From Malacoraja senta (Eukaryota), in assembly GCA_038087875.1 (NCBI GenBank), contig CM075989.1, forward strand, positions 24,616,001 to 24,680,000: 64,000 nt of DNA, read 5' to 3'. The position numbers were made by a program, and so were the translations under genes. Numbering within the stretch: the first letter of the stretch is position 1; the number at the start of each line of letters is the position of its first letter. Under the pieces are notes generated by a model. That model was not told where the DNA came from. It did no database searches and was given only the letters and a program-made list of their open reading frames with translations. Shown here piece after piece: positions 1-11,321 of this stretch.

Positions 1-160
1 GCACATCAGTTAAATCCTCCTCTATAATTTCAACTCGGGGGAATAGAAGTTTATACAATGTGTTAAAGAAGGAACTGCAGATGCTGGAAAATCGAAGGTA
101 CACAAAAATGCTGGAGAAACTCAGCGGGTGCAGCAGCATCTATGGAGCGAAGGAAATAGG

Positions 161-191
161 TAACGTTTCGGGCCGAAACCCTTCTTCAGAC
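161..191 (-). ncRNA. Minimal hammerhead-ribozyme-like motif, UUCG-loop subtype
   Basis: Reverse complement is gt-CTGAAGA-A-GGGT[TTCG]GCCC-GAAA-CGTT-ac, within a terminal repeat at about 63-235. Confidence 0.55.
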
Positions 192-257
192 TGATAGGGG
201 GTGGGGAGAAGAAAGGAAAAAAGGAAAAGGGCCTTCTTAAGATAATCCTCTAGATTA

Positions 258-560
258 TGGGCAGTGCAGCGGTAGAGTCGCTACTTCCCAGCACCAGGGA
301 TCCAGGTTCCATCCTGACTACGGATGCTGTCTGTACAGAGTTTGCACATTTTCCCTGTGACCGCATGGGTTTTCTCCAGGTGCTCTGGTTTCCTCCCACA
401 CTCCAAAGACGTGCAGGTGTGCAGATTAATTGGCTTCGGTAAAAATTGTAAATTGTCCCTGGTGTGTAGGAGAGTGCTAGTGTACGGGGTGATCGCTGGT
501 CGGTGCAGACTCACTGGGCCGAAGGGCCTGATTCAACGCTGTATCTCTAAAGTCTAAAGA
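258..560 (+). mobile_element. tRNA-derived SINE (HE1/V-SINE-like)
   Basis: tRNA-like head with A/B-box-like motifs, central GGGTTTTCTCC..GTGCTC..GTTTCCTCCCACACTCCAAAGACGTGCAGGT domain, CR1-like tail GGGCCGAAGGGCCTG...GCTGTATCTCTAAA. Confidence 0.85.
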
Positions 561-1339
561 TTAAAGGTGTGAAATACACGCAAAGCATCGAACACAAACC
601 CTTTATTATTTCTTAAAATGTCCGTCAAATCTAAAACTATTTTGTTAACCCGGTATTTTTGCAACGGTCTCTTCACCATTTTCTCTTGGACAACTCCTGC
701 TTGACCTGAGTGAGGTATAACAGCCCGTTATGGAGTATCTGGAGTATCGAACCAAACATTATGTTGGAGATATTCAGCAGGTCAGGCAGCATCTGTGGAG
801 AATAAAACAGAGTTAATGCTTCAGCTTATTAACTGCTCTGATCAAGGGACGTTCTGATGAAGGGCTAACAACTTGTTTCTCTCGTTCCAGATGCTGCCTA
901 ACCTCCTGATTTAACCTCTGTTTTAATTTTTGGTTCAATACTCCAGATGTTATCTCCAATGTTTCAGATTTTATTTTAGTTTACCAATATCTTCAGGTTT
1001 TTATTTACTTGCAGCTGTTCCCTAAACAGCCTTGGGAAGGTCGATGAGAGTCAGCATTGCCTTGTGGATTCTCCTTCCTACAATATTGGGATCAGTAGTG
1101 TACAACTTTGGGGAACTCAAATATAAAGCCCTTCATATCCTCGCACTTTATAACAAAATGCACCAAAGCATTATAAAACCATAAGACACAGGGGCAGAAT
1201 TAGTCCGTCTACACCGACATTCATTCATAGCTAATCTAGTTTTCCCATCTCAACCCCATTCTCCTGCCTTCTCCCCGTAATTTTAATTGTAACTATTTCA
1301 TGACCCACAACAGATATCCAGGATAATATCTATCTACTA

Positions 1340-1685
1340 TTGGGCAGCTTACAACCCAGTGGTATGAACATTGATTTCTCTAATTTCAAGTAACCCCTCC
1401 ATCCCCTTCCCCTCCCTACCCATCCTACTAGTTCCACCGTACATATCCCTGTATCCTTCGTTATCTCCTCTTCCACAGCCAACAATGAACCATTGTGGGC
1501 TCCCACCCTTCCTCACTCATCTGTTACCAGACCTGATTTGTTTTGGCCTTCTCCCACCTCTAGTTTCCCCCACCCCCTCTACTTTCAGTCTAAAGAGGGG
1601 TTCCAACCCGAAACGTCACCTATCCATGTTGTCCAGAGATGCTGCCTGACCCGCTGAGTTACTCCAGCACTTTGTATCTATCTAC
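1340..1685 (+). mobile_element. Penelope-like 3' fragment
   Basis: LGSLQPSGMNIDFSNFK* then a pyrimidine-rich region and the terminal repeat with a mutated hammerhead-like core near 1590-1617. Confidence 0.75.
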
Positions 1686-2931
1686 TGCACGCCAATTGTC
1701 AATAAGGATATAGAGAGTTGATGATGTACAGGTTCATTGTGAGCCTGACATTTGACCCTAGCTGTGTTTTAAATGAGCTATCAGTCAAGTTTATTGCATG
1801 GTAAACAATGGTTTGAAATTTCTTGGGACACGTTACCAGAACACTGCATTAGACTAACATGTTACACTCAAGAAGGATGTAAGTAAGAGGCTGCTTCATA
1901 TTACGTCATCACCCAAGACCGTTTCTCAGCAGGAAGCTCTAATGAGGAAAGCTTTTGCCAAATGTTTTCTTCTCAAACCCTGTGAGAGGAAGCAGCAGCA
2001 GCTCACAGGCACCGAGCTGCTTCCTCACCTCAAACCACCACCGCCGTCAGTCCACAGTTTCACCCTGACGGGTGGACAGTGGCCTTAACGTGTGGGGGAG
2101 TCCAGGCTGGGTCCAGGGAGAGGGAGGCATGGGTTGTAGCTGCCAGAGACTGTCATAAATGCAGGAGAAGTTGCAGTAACAATAACTCCTGCAACTCGAG
2201 TGGGGTAGAAAGGCACAGACTGAATCCTTGTTGCAGTAGATCGAAGCTCGATCTAAAAATGTTTCCAATCCAGTGGAGATTGTTCATAGGAAATGAGTGT
2301 TTAACCGTTCAGTATGTATTTTTAATATTCAGTGGGGCCCTGCTTGTCGTGAGAGCGTGTGCTGTTATGGTGGCAGCGATATTGAATGTTATTATTGCAG
2401 TCTGTAGCCCAGGCTTATGAACATACTGCAAACAACCCGTCGTCTTTTTCCTAGACTTGAGGATTAAATAACAATTTATTTTCCACTCGCTTTCTCTGCA
2501 GGGTTTTGAGCAATTATTTTTTCTGATTGTTATCAGGTTTGCTGTGCTTTTTTTTCCAGCAAACAAGCCAGGAGCCAGACCCAGGTACGAGGATTCCATC
2601 ACAATGGAACTGCACCGCTTCGCTCACTGGCCGCATTTTCTTTTGCTCACTGATTTGCCACCTCTGGTATTTCAACATGAACCGGTTGGTGCAAATATTG
2701 CGGTGGTAATGTGAGACAGGGAGAGAAACTGCCAGCCCCACAAACAGGTGTGGGGATTAGGGCGAGTGGCTTCCTGTTGCTGTCGTTGGCTTGGCAGTAT
2801 CCAGCACTACCTGGATCAGTCAGCAGGGAATCTCCTAGTTCACCAGCCAAGGATACTTTGGAAATGCCGTTTACAGCTGAGGTGCAATAAGTGGTGAGAA
2901 ACATCTAGAAACTTAATGTGTCCGCTGGTAC

Positions 2932-3178
2932 TGAATAGACAATAGACAAATAGGTGCAGGAGTAGGCCATTCGGCCTTTCAAACCAGCACCGCCATTCAA
3001 TGTGATCATGTCTGATCATCCACAATCAGTACCCCGTTCCTGCCTTCTCCCCATATCCCCTGACTCCGCTATCTTTACAAGCCCTATCTAGCTCTCTCTT
3101 GAAAGTATCCAGAGAACCGGCCTCCACCGCCCTCTGAGGCAGAGAATTCCACAGACTCACAACTCTCTGTGTGAAAAA
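2932..3178 (-). mobile_element. CR1 3' end of the 31.5-kb subfamily (other short copies near 3835-3957, 33575-33890, 34380-34650, 40185-40420, 53275-53600, 56862-57010)
   Basis: FFTQRVVSLWNSLPQRAVEAG...GYGEKAGTGY* followed by the conserved 3'UTR. Confidence 0.85.
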
Positions 3179-5461
3179 CAATGAACTCTGGGTGCTGTCT
3201 GTACAGAGTTTGTCGTTCTCCCCGTGACCTGCGTGGGTTTTCCCCAGGAGCTCCGGTTTCCTCCCACACTCGAAAGGTGCACAGTTTTGTACGCTAATTG
3301 GCTTGATAACATTGTAAATTGTCCCGAATGTGTGTAGGATAGTGTGAGTGTGCATGTCGGCCTGGACTTGGTGGGCCGAAGGGCCTGTTTCCACGCTGTA
3401 TCTTTAAACTAAACTAAGCTAAATTGAACATACAAGGACATCATCTTGTCTGGAATATGCAAAGAAAGCAATGATTACCCACGGCATGTCAAAGTGACTG
3501 AGTGTCTTCAAAAGGTTTACTCAATCAATTGGCTCCCCTGCCTATTTCACTGATCAAATACACCACATTCCCAGGACTCCCCTTTCAACTAACTTTATTA
3601 ATTAATCAGCATGTTTTAGGTTTATTAATGTCACGTGTATCGAAGCACAATTAAAAGCTTTATTTTGCATGCTATCAGTCAGATCAGATAATGCTATATA
3701 CAAGCCGAACTCAAGTACAATAGGTAGAACAAAGGGGAAGATACAGAGTGCAGAATATAGTTCTCAGCATTGTAGCACATCAGTTCCAGAGACAAAGTCC
3801 AATGTCCGCAATGGGGTAGAGGTGAATCCAGGAACTTCTAGGAGAAGGCAGGAACGGGGTACTGATTGTGGATGATCAGCCACGATCACATTGAATGTCG
3901 ATGCTGGCTCGAAGGGCTGAATGGCCTACTCCTGCACCTATTGTCAATTGTCTATTGAACTTAATATTTAGGGATATTTGACGTTTAGGAAGTGAAGCTG
4001 GAAAGGGCAAGTGTCAGTTATCTCATTGTCTTTAGTGGGATCTTGCTGTGTGAAATATTCGTCACCAAAATGAGGAACCTTTAAAGATGTTTAGTTCGTG
4101 CTCCAAACACCCTGTGATAATGTGGGATGACAATGTACATGAAGTGATAAGAGGCAATCACAACCCAGAAGATGCTGAGTCCAGGAGACACAGAGACTGC
4201 AAATGCTGGAGTCTTGAGCAAAATACAAACTGCTGGAGGAACTCAGTGGGTCAGGCAGCATCTGTGGAAGGAAATGGAAATTGACTTTTCATGTCGGGAC
4301 CCTTTTAAAGACTGAAGAAGGGTCCCAATCCGAAACGTTGTCTGTCCATTTCCATCCATGGGTGCTGAGACCATTTACGTTAAACAAAATAACAGTGGAA
4401 AGTAGTCACTGATGGTAGTATGGACCCTCTGTCAGAAACCACTGAGTCAACAGGGGATTCAATCAACAAATAATGGGGCCATGTAAAAAGAGTAGTCTGA
4501 TGATTCTGTGAGATTTTAATCTTTGTGTAGATTGGGATAATTACATTGGGAAGTGTAGCTGGAAGCACTGATTCATTGTTGAGTGCTTTTGGAATAATGT
4601 CCTTGAGTGATGCTTGATGTAGTAACCAGGGAATAGGCTGTCTTGCACCGGGGTAATGGGGAATATGGAAGGTTTCATAAATGACCTCTGAGTAAGAGAT
4701 TCCCAGGGAAGTGTGATCATAGTATGATTGATTCTGTTGAGGGGGAGAAATCTAGGTCAGATACAACTGTTCTTAACTTAAATATAGGGAACTGTAAATG
4801 AATGAAGATCACATTGGCTGAAGTGTACAGCAGATAGATTAGTGGGACAGTGGGAAAGCAATGACAGGCATTCAAGGAGTTAATTTGTGACTTTCAGCAA
4901 AAATGTATCCCACTAGGGAAGGAGAACATTTTAATAAAGAAAGAACGGGGATTTTAAGAAGAAAGAGAAAGCAGAAAAGGAGGAAAAGGTAGCTGCAGTG
5001 TGGGGCAATGGAGCATTTGGAGTATTGCGTGCAGTCTGGTTGCCCCTTTACAGGAAGGATGTGGTGGCTTTGGAGAGACTGCAGAGGAGGTTTACCAGAA
5101 TGATGCCTGGATTACAGGGCTACAGTTACAGGGAGAGGTTGGACAGACTTGGATCGTTTTCTCTGGAACGTCGAGAGTAGAGTGGAGAATTGATCGGTCT
5201 ATAATATTATGAGATGCATAGAGAGGGTAGACAGTCAGAACCTTTTCCCCAGGGTGGAAATGTCCAACACTAGAGGGCGTAGCTATAAGGTGAGAGGGAT
5301 AAAGTCTAATTGAGATGCGCGGGGCAAGTATTTTACACACAGGGTGGTGGGGGCCTGGAACGCATACCATAGTGGCGTTTAAGAGTCTTTTAGATAGGCA
5401 CATGGCTATGCAGGGAATGGAGGGATATGGATCACGTGCAGGCAGGTGAAATCAGTTTAAC

Positions 5462-5678
5462 ACCGTCATGTGTAGGAAAGAACTGCAGATGCTGGTTTAA
5501 ATCGAAGGTAGACACAAAATGCTGGAGTAACTCAGTGGGACAGGCAGCATCTCTGGAGAGAAGGAATGGGTGACGTTTCGGGTCGACCCGGAAGGGTCTT
5601 AACCCGAAACGTCACCCATTCCTTCTCTCCAGAGATGCTGCCTGTCCCGCTGAGTTACTCCAGCATTTTGTGTCTACC
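5462..5678. mobile_element. Palindromic Penelope-derived short element inserted in a CR1 3' end
   Basis: Near-perfect inverted arms about 5504-5585 and 5599-5680; TSD TTTAAC at 5456-5461 and 5679-5684. Confidence 0.8.
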
Positions 5679-6469
5679 TTTAACTTGGCATCATGTTCGG
5701 CACAAACATTGTGGGCTGAAGGGCCTGTCCCTGTGTTGTACTGTTCTATGTTGTATAAATTCAGGATCCCTCAAAGATGAACAAAAAAGAAAATGAACAG
5801 GGAGAACATAAACCAGGAGAGCTAACTAGCAAGGAATTATAAAACGCGCAATAAGGATTTCATTCAGTATGTAAGGAGCTTGACATGAACATAGGCAACT
5901 TAGACGGTGGTGCTGAGGAAACAGGTTTATGGAAGAAGGAGACGGCAGTGGAATTGAAGAGATACTCAGCATCAGACATGCACACATCCTATTAATACCC
6001 AACAACACTGGGGAAGAATCAAATACCATCACCATCACCAGAGAATTGGAATTAGCTAACTAATGGGATAAAGGCTGATTAATTCCCTGGCTTGGATCCA
6101 AAAAGAAATCGTTACTGATTAGTAGATGTGTTGGTTATAATCTTAAAAAATAATCTTCAGATTGTGAAAAAGTGCCAGGGGGCCGGATGGTGCTTGTCGG
6201 ACATCTGGGGTCAAAGAGGGGGAGAGGGAGGGAGGTGAGGATCAGGTAACTCCCAGCTGACTGCCCTAGTATCTACTGTTGGAAACATGTTCATAGTAAC
6301 TCGTAAGGAAGTAATAGCAGCATGTTTAGAAAATGGTAATCTGATCAAGTGGCATCAGCAGCGGTTGTTAAAGGAAAGTCACGTCGGACAAATTGATTAG
6401 AGTTCTTTAGAGGAAGGTTTGACCAGAGTAATGGAGGTGAACCGGTGATGTATTTGGATTTCCAGAAGG

Positions 6470-6780
6470 TTTAGTTTAGTTTAGTTTACAGATACAGCGT
6501 GGAAACAGGCCCTTCGGCCCACCGGGTCCGCACCGACCAGCGATCCCCGCATATTAACACTATCCTACACACACTAGGGTCAATTTTTACATTGACCAAG
6601 CCAATTAACCTACATGCCTGTACGTCTTTGGAGTGTGGGAAGAAACCGAAGATCTCGTAAAAAAAACCACGCAGTCACGGGGGCTTTCTCCGTACAGACA
6701 GCACCCGTAGTCAGGATCGAACCCGGGTCTCCAGCGCTGCAAGCGCTGAAAGGCAGCTACTCTACCGCTGCGCCACCATG
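6470..6780 (-). mobile_element. HE1/V-SINE-like SINE, near full length
   Basis: Reverse copy with (TAAAC)n tail. Confidence 0.85.
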
Positions 6781-6995
6781 CTTCCCAAGTACCTCATAAT
6801 AGTTTCAGTCAGATGAACCTATCCTGTTGGTATGGATGGAGATCGGCTAACTGTTAGAAGCAGCAAATAAGGATGGGAAGATCATTTTACAGATTGGCAA
6901 GCTGATAAACCTCTGTCTGGACTAGCTCCAGACCCTCCACATACTTCCTGTAACTGAGCCACCAGCACTGTAGATAACACTCCAATGTAGCCTAA

Positions 6996-7292
6996 AAGCC
7001 CTGTCCCACGGTACGAGTTCATTCCAAGAGCTCTCCCGAGTTTTAAAAAACTCGTGGTAAGCACGGAGAATGAACATAGCGGGGACGTCGGAGCTCGGGG
7101 ACGTCACTTAACGGCTCGTAATGCTAACGGCAGGTAAGCACGGGAAGACTCGTGAAGATTTTTCAACATGTTGAAAAATGTCCACGAGAGCCCCGAGTAC
7201 CGACGAGTGGCCATTACCGTAAATCTCTGAGTTCGAATCAGGGCAAACTCGGGAGAGCTCTTGGAATGAACTCGTACCGTGGGACAGGGCTA
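6996..7292. mobile_element. PIF/Harbinger-type MITE (297 bp)
   Basis: TIRs of about 47 bp (AGCCCTGTCCCACGGTACGAGTTCATTCCAAGAGCTCTCCCGAGTTT and its complement); TAA TSD at 6993-6995 and 7293-7295. The empty-site CR1 sequence GGCCTAACCAAA is seen near 29538-29549. Confidence 0.9.
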
Positions 7293-7974
7293 TAACCAAA
7301 ACCTTATAAAGATGCACCTTGTCTTCCTGGCTCTTGTACTCAATGCTCCATCTGATGATGGAAATCATACCTTACGCCTTCTTTACTTGTCTTGACATCT
7401 TTAATTTCTTTCATTTTTTCCTGCATTAATTGTTTTGTTTTAATGATTCTTGGCCATTTCCTAGCTTACTGCATTTTGACCCCCGAGTTGAACAAGGCGA
7501 TACACTTCTACGTCTCTCTATGGTCACTCCGCCTGCTCAGGACAAACAGGGGCATTGACAACTTTCCACTTGTGAATTTGTGTCACTGAAAGTATTCAGA
7601 TGCAACTCTGAAAAAATATTGTCACCAATATTCACTGCATGGAACTTTATTGCATGTTTATGTAGCGTTAAATTATTCTGTCACTTTAGCCTTGTCATGA
7701 GGAAATGCTCATTGAATATACTGTTATCGTGACTAACTTGATCTTTTCCTGTTTTTGTTATTTTACGTTGTGCCCCAGCTCTCTTGCTGTTGATAATAAA
7801 TTACACGACATAATGGGAAACTGCTGAGTTTCATTTGATGTTCTTCCCATATCAATCAAAGTGACAATATGTCTTTTGCATATTTGATTCGCCAGTCAAA
7901 ATGCAAAAAGTAAGAAAGAAATAGATAAAATCAAGAAGTGGAAGAAATTCAAATTGAAAGTTAAATACACAAAC

Positions 7975-8310
7975 TAATCATCCTCCACTATCAGAGTGAG
8001 TCCCAATGCAAATTGGAGGAACAGCACTTCATATTTCGCCTGGGCAGCTTACAACCCAACAGTATGAATTCTGTTTCTTTAACTTCTCTAACTTCTAGTG
8101 ATTTCTCTAACTTCAAGTAACCCTTGCTTTCCCTCTCTTTCCATCCCTCCCCCACCCTAGTTCTCAGACAGGTTCCACTGTCCTCCTGATTAACTATTCC
8201 TGATTGTCACCTTCCCCTCAGCAAACAATGATCCATTCATCATTTCCTTGATCATCGTCCCCTTTGATCTGTGTTTTCACACCCAACCCTTCCATATCTG
8301 ATGTGTAAAA
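7975..8310 (+). mobile_element. Penelope-like 3' fragment
   Basis: KLEEQHFIFRLGSLQPNSMN, the GIY-YIG C-terminal end, followed by a pyrimidine-rich 3' region. Confidence 0.75.
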
Positions 8311-8324
8311 ATATCTTCTCTCAG

Positions 8325-8895
8325 AAGATAGACACAAAAAGCTGGAGTAACTCAGCGGGACAGGCAGCAACTCTGGAGAGAAGGAATGGGTGATGTTTCG
8401 GGTCGAGACCCTCCCTCAGACTGGTTAGCGATAAGGGAAACGAGAGATATAGGCGATGATGGAGAGAGATAAAGAACAATGAATGAAAGATATGCAAAAA
8501 AGTAACGATGATAAAGGAAACAAGCCATTGTTAGCTGTTAAAGAAGGAACTGCAGATGCTGGAAAATCGAAGGTACACAAAAATGCTGGAGAAACTCAGC
8601 GGGTGCAGCAGCATCTATGGAGCGAAGGAAATAGGCAACGTTTCGGGCCGAAACCCTGTTTGTTAGGTGAAAACGAGAAGTTAGTGTGACTTGGGTGGGG
8701 GAGGGATAGAGAGAGAGGGAATGCCGGGGCTACCTGAAGTGAGAGAAATCAATATTCATTCTGAAGCTGGAGCATCTCTGGAGGGATGGAATGGGTGACA
8801 TTTTTTGGGTGGAGACCCTTCTTCATACTCGACTGTCCTCAATATTCATACCACTGGGCTGTAAGCTGCCCAAGCAAAATGTGAGATGCTGTTCT
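8325..8895 (-). mobile_element. Penelope-like 3' fragment (reverse) with a second terminal-repeat subtype nested at about 8539-8656
   Basis: Minus strand ends EQHLTFCLGSLQPSGMNIE; purine-rich on the + strand; terminal repeat at 8325-8425. Confidence 0.7.
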
Positions 8896-9857
8896 CTCAG
8901 AAGGTTATGGATTCCTACCTACTGATCCAGTAGGAATCTCCTGCTCGAGGAATGGTTGAAGCTGGATCAATGGATGTATGTAGGTTGGAGATGGATAAAT
9001 ACTTGGAAGACTGGGAGATATGGGAAACTGTTGCAGAAGAAGTGTTGAGGTCTGCATTGATCAGCCATGATTACATTGAATGGTGGGGCAGGCTCGAGGG
9101 GCCGAATGGTCTATTCCTGCTCATATTTTCTGTGTTCTCATGGTTGAGCAACAAGTAAGACGATAATATTGGAGGAGCACAACAAAAACCTCAGGAATTA
9201 TTTTGCAAATAAATTGATGTGATGTAAAATGTATGGAAAAATTCAGGTGCAAAGGTCGACACAGGTGTACGGGTACCGACCTCCATCCCCGTATCTCAAA
9301 CCAAGGTCCTCTGTTGCAAAGCTCCGCGTCTGCGGCACTAATTGCCGAAATCGAGTCCCGTACCTCATTATTGTTCCATTCCTTTCTAATGAAAGGAAAT
9401 ATAGATTTTTATTACAAGTGCGCAAATTAGCAGCAATGATGTTTAATGGTTTCAAGGCGTGTGTTCATCAATCAATAATTATTACTTGTAGAAGCCAACA
9501 TAGACTTTACACATGATGTATTTTAATGATGGCCTCAGGTATAATCAAATCAAATCACGGCATCTATACTGAACGCTTTAGATTCCATTCCATCTGGCAC
9601 GCTGCAGTTCAAGTCAAACGCAAGCCTGTAAAATGATCATAGAATGGCTGGGGTTTGAGTTTGTAAAATAATAATTTAGCTTGAGCCAATGGAATGAATG
9701 ACAAGTAAGCTAACTGTACACTGTGTGAATAGTGTAAATCCAGTTTGACATCAGACTCGGCAGCAGCTGGGAGAAAGTGAGATCAAAAGTAAAACTCTGG
9801 AGGTGTAAGAAGCCTGATGTCCAGTAAACTCCGATAATCTGGCACAGTGAGTCTGAG

Positions 9858-10055
9858 GAAACATCACCTATCCACGTTCTCCACAGATGCTGCCTGACCC
9901 GCTGAGTTACTCCAGCACTCTGTGAAACGTCACCTATCCACATGCTCCAGAGTTGCTGCCTGACCCGCTGAGTTACTCCAGCACTCTGTGAAACGTCACC
10001 TATCCACGTTCTCCAGAGATGCTGCCTGACCCGCTGAATTACTCCAGCACATTGT
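9858..10055 (+). repeat. Tandem array of three 66-bp units of the same repeat
   Basis: Units begin at 9858, 9924 and 9990. Confidence 0.9.
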
Positions 10056-10265
10056 GTCTATCTTTGTTTTCAACCAGCATCCGCAGTTCCTTATTATTAC
10101 ATCTTTATTATTTGTCGCATATATACGGTGGTGCAGCGGGTAGAGCTGCTGCCTTGCAGCGCCACTGAACCAGGTTCAATCCTGACATTGGGTGCTGACT
10201 GCGAACGTTCTCCCTGTGACCCACGTTTTTCAACTTTCCTCCCATATCCCAAAGATGTGCAGGTC

Positions 10266-11321
10266 ATTGGGGACCTGGGGTGGAGGATACTGCACCGAGG
10301 AGTTCCCTGCAAACTGTTTCTCTCGCGGTTCACAGACTCGCCAGCTGCCGCCCACTGTTACGGGCTGGAAGCGTCTGTGTACCACGCGTATATGGAGTGT
10401 GTGAGGCTGCAGCCACTGTTTCAATACCTAAAGGGGCTGCTCCTTGCCTTCTGGCTGCATTTTTCACCCACCATCCTCATCTTTGGACACCCTGTGTGTA
10501 GGGGAGAGGGTAGGGCTGAAGATGTCCTGGTTGGGTTGCTCCTGGGCCTGGCCAAGCTGGCCATCCGCGAGTCAAAGCGCCAGGTAAAAGAGGGCTCTAT
10601 CCGAGCCGGCCGCCTGCCCCTTTTCCGGGGATACGTCCGCGCCAGGGTGGTGTTAGAAAGGGACTACGCCCTGTCCACGGGCACCCTGGGGGAGTTCTGG
10701 GACCGCTGGGCACTGCAGGGGGTTGAATGCATCCTCAATAAGGATTGTAACATAGTTGTATAGTCGTTTATTTAGGATCTTTGTTTGTATTGTATTATGG
10801 TGGTGGGTTCTGGTTTGTTTTATTGTATTGTCAATATTATTTTTTAATAATTGAATATTTTAAAAATTATAATAATAATAATACATTTTATTTATGGGGT
10901 GCCTTTCAGAACACTCAAGGACACCTTACAGTTAAAACAAGCAAATTACAAATATATAAATAAAATGAAACAAAAACAACATACCCATGAATTTGATAGA
11001 AAGTGGAGTTATAGTGGGATAGGCCAGTGAGAATAGGTGAGTTTTGAGGGAGGTTTAATGGTGGGGAGAGACTCTGTGGTACGGATGGATAGTGGGAGAG
11101 AGTTCCAGAGGCGAGGGGCAGAACGGCTGAAAGCTCTGAACCCCATCGTGGACAGGCGGGTAGATGGAGTGGAGAGCAGGGAGGAAGAAGAGGATCGGAG
11201 AGTTCGGGATGGAGTGTAAGGCTGGAGGAGTTCAGAGAAGTATGGAGGAGCGAGATTGTGGAGGGCTTTGAAAGTGAGGAGGAGAATCTTAAAATTTTTT
11301 ATAAGAATTTTTATTTTTTTT
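10266..11321 (+). mobile_element. Tx1-clade LINE 3' fragment (ORF2 C-terminus to about 10763, then 3'UTR) inserted in a SINE; contains a nested L2
   Basis: GDLGWRILH...FTDSPAA...H.YMEC.RLQPLF...FWLHFSP...LAKLAI resembles the Tx1 ORF2 C-terminus. 14-bp TSD AAGA(T/C)GTGCAGGTC at 10252-10265 and 11322-11335. Confidence 0.85.
10868..11294 (-). mobile_element. L2-clade LINE 3' fragment
   Basis: Minus strand reads FKILLLTFKALHNLAPPYFSELLQPYTPSRTLRS...RAFSRSAPRLWNSLP, a typical L2 ORF2 end, followed by a (TTA)n tail near 10868-10883. Confidence 0.85.

Larger units (their letters stand above)
4620..7370. mobile_element. Mosaic of old CR1 fragments with a younger CR1 3' end (about 5015-5755, +)
   Basis: PLYRKDVVALERLQRRFTRMMPGL at about 5040-5120; degenerate RT text (YLDFQK at about 6450); reverse fragment about 6900-7370. 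Confidence 0.65.

Noticed and set aside
10128..10763. 211-aa ORF as a host gene
   Set aside because: A chance fusion of a SINE head with a Tx1 ORF2 fragment.
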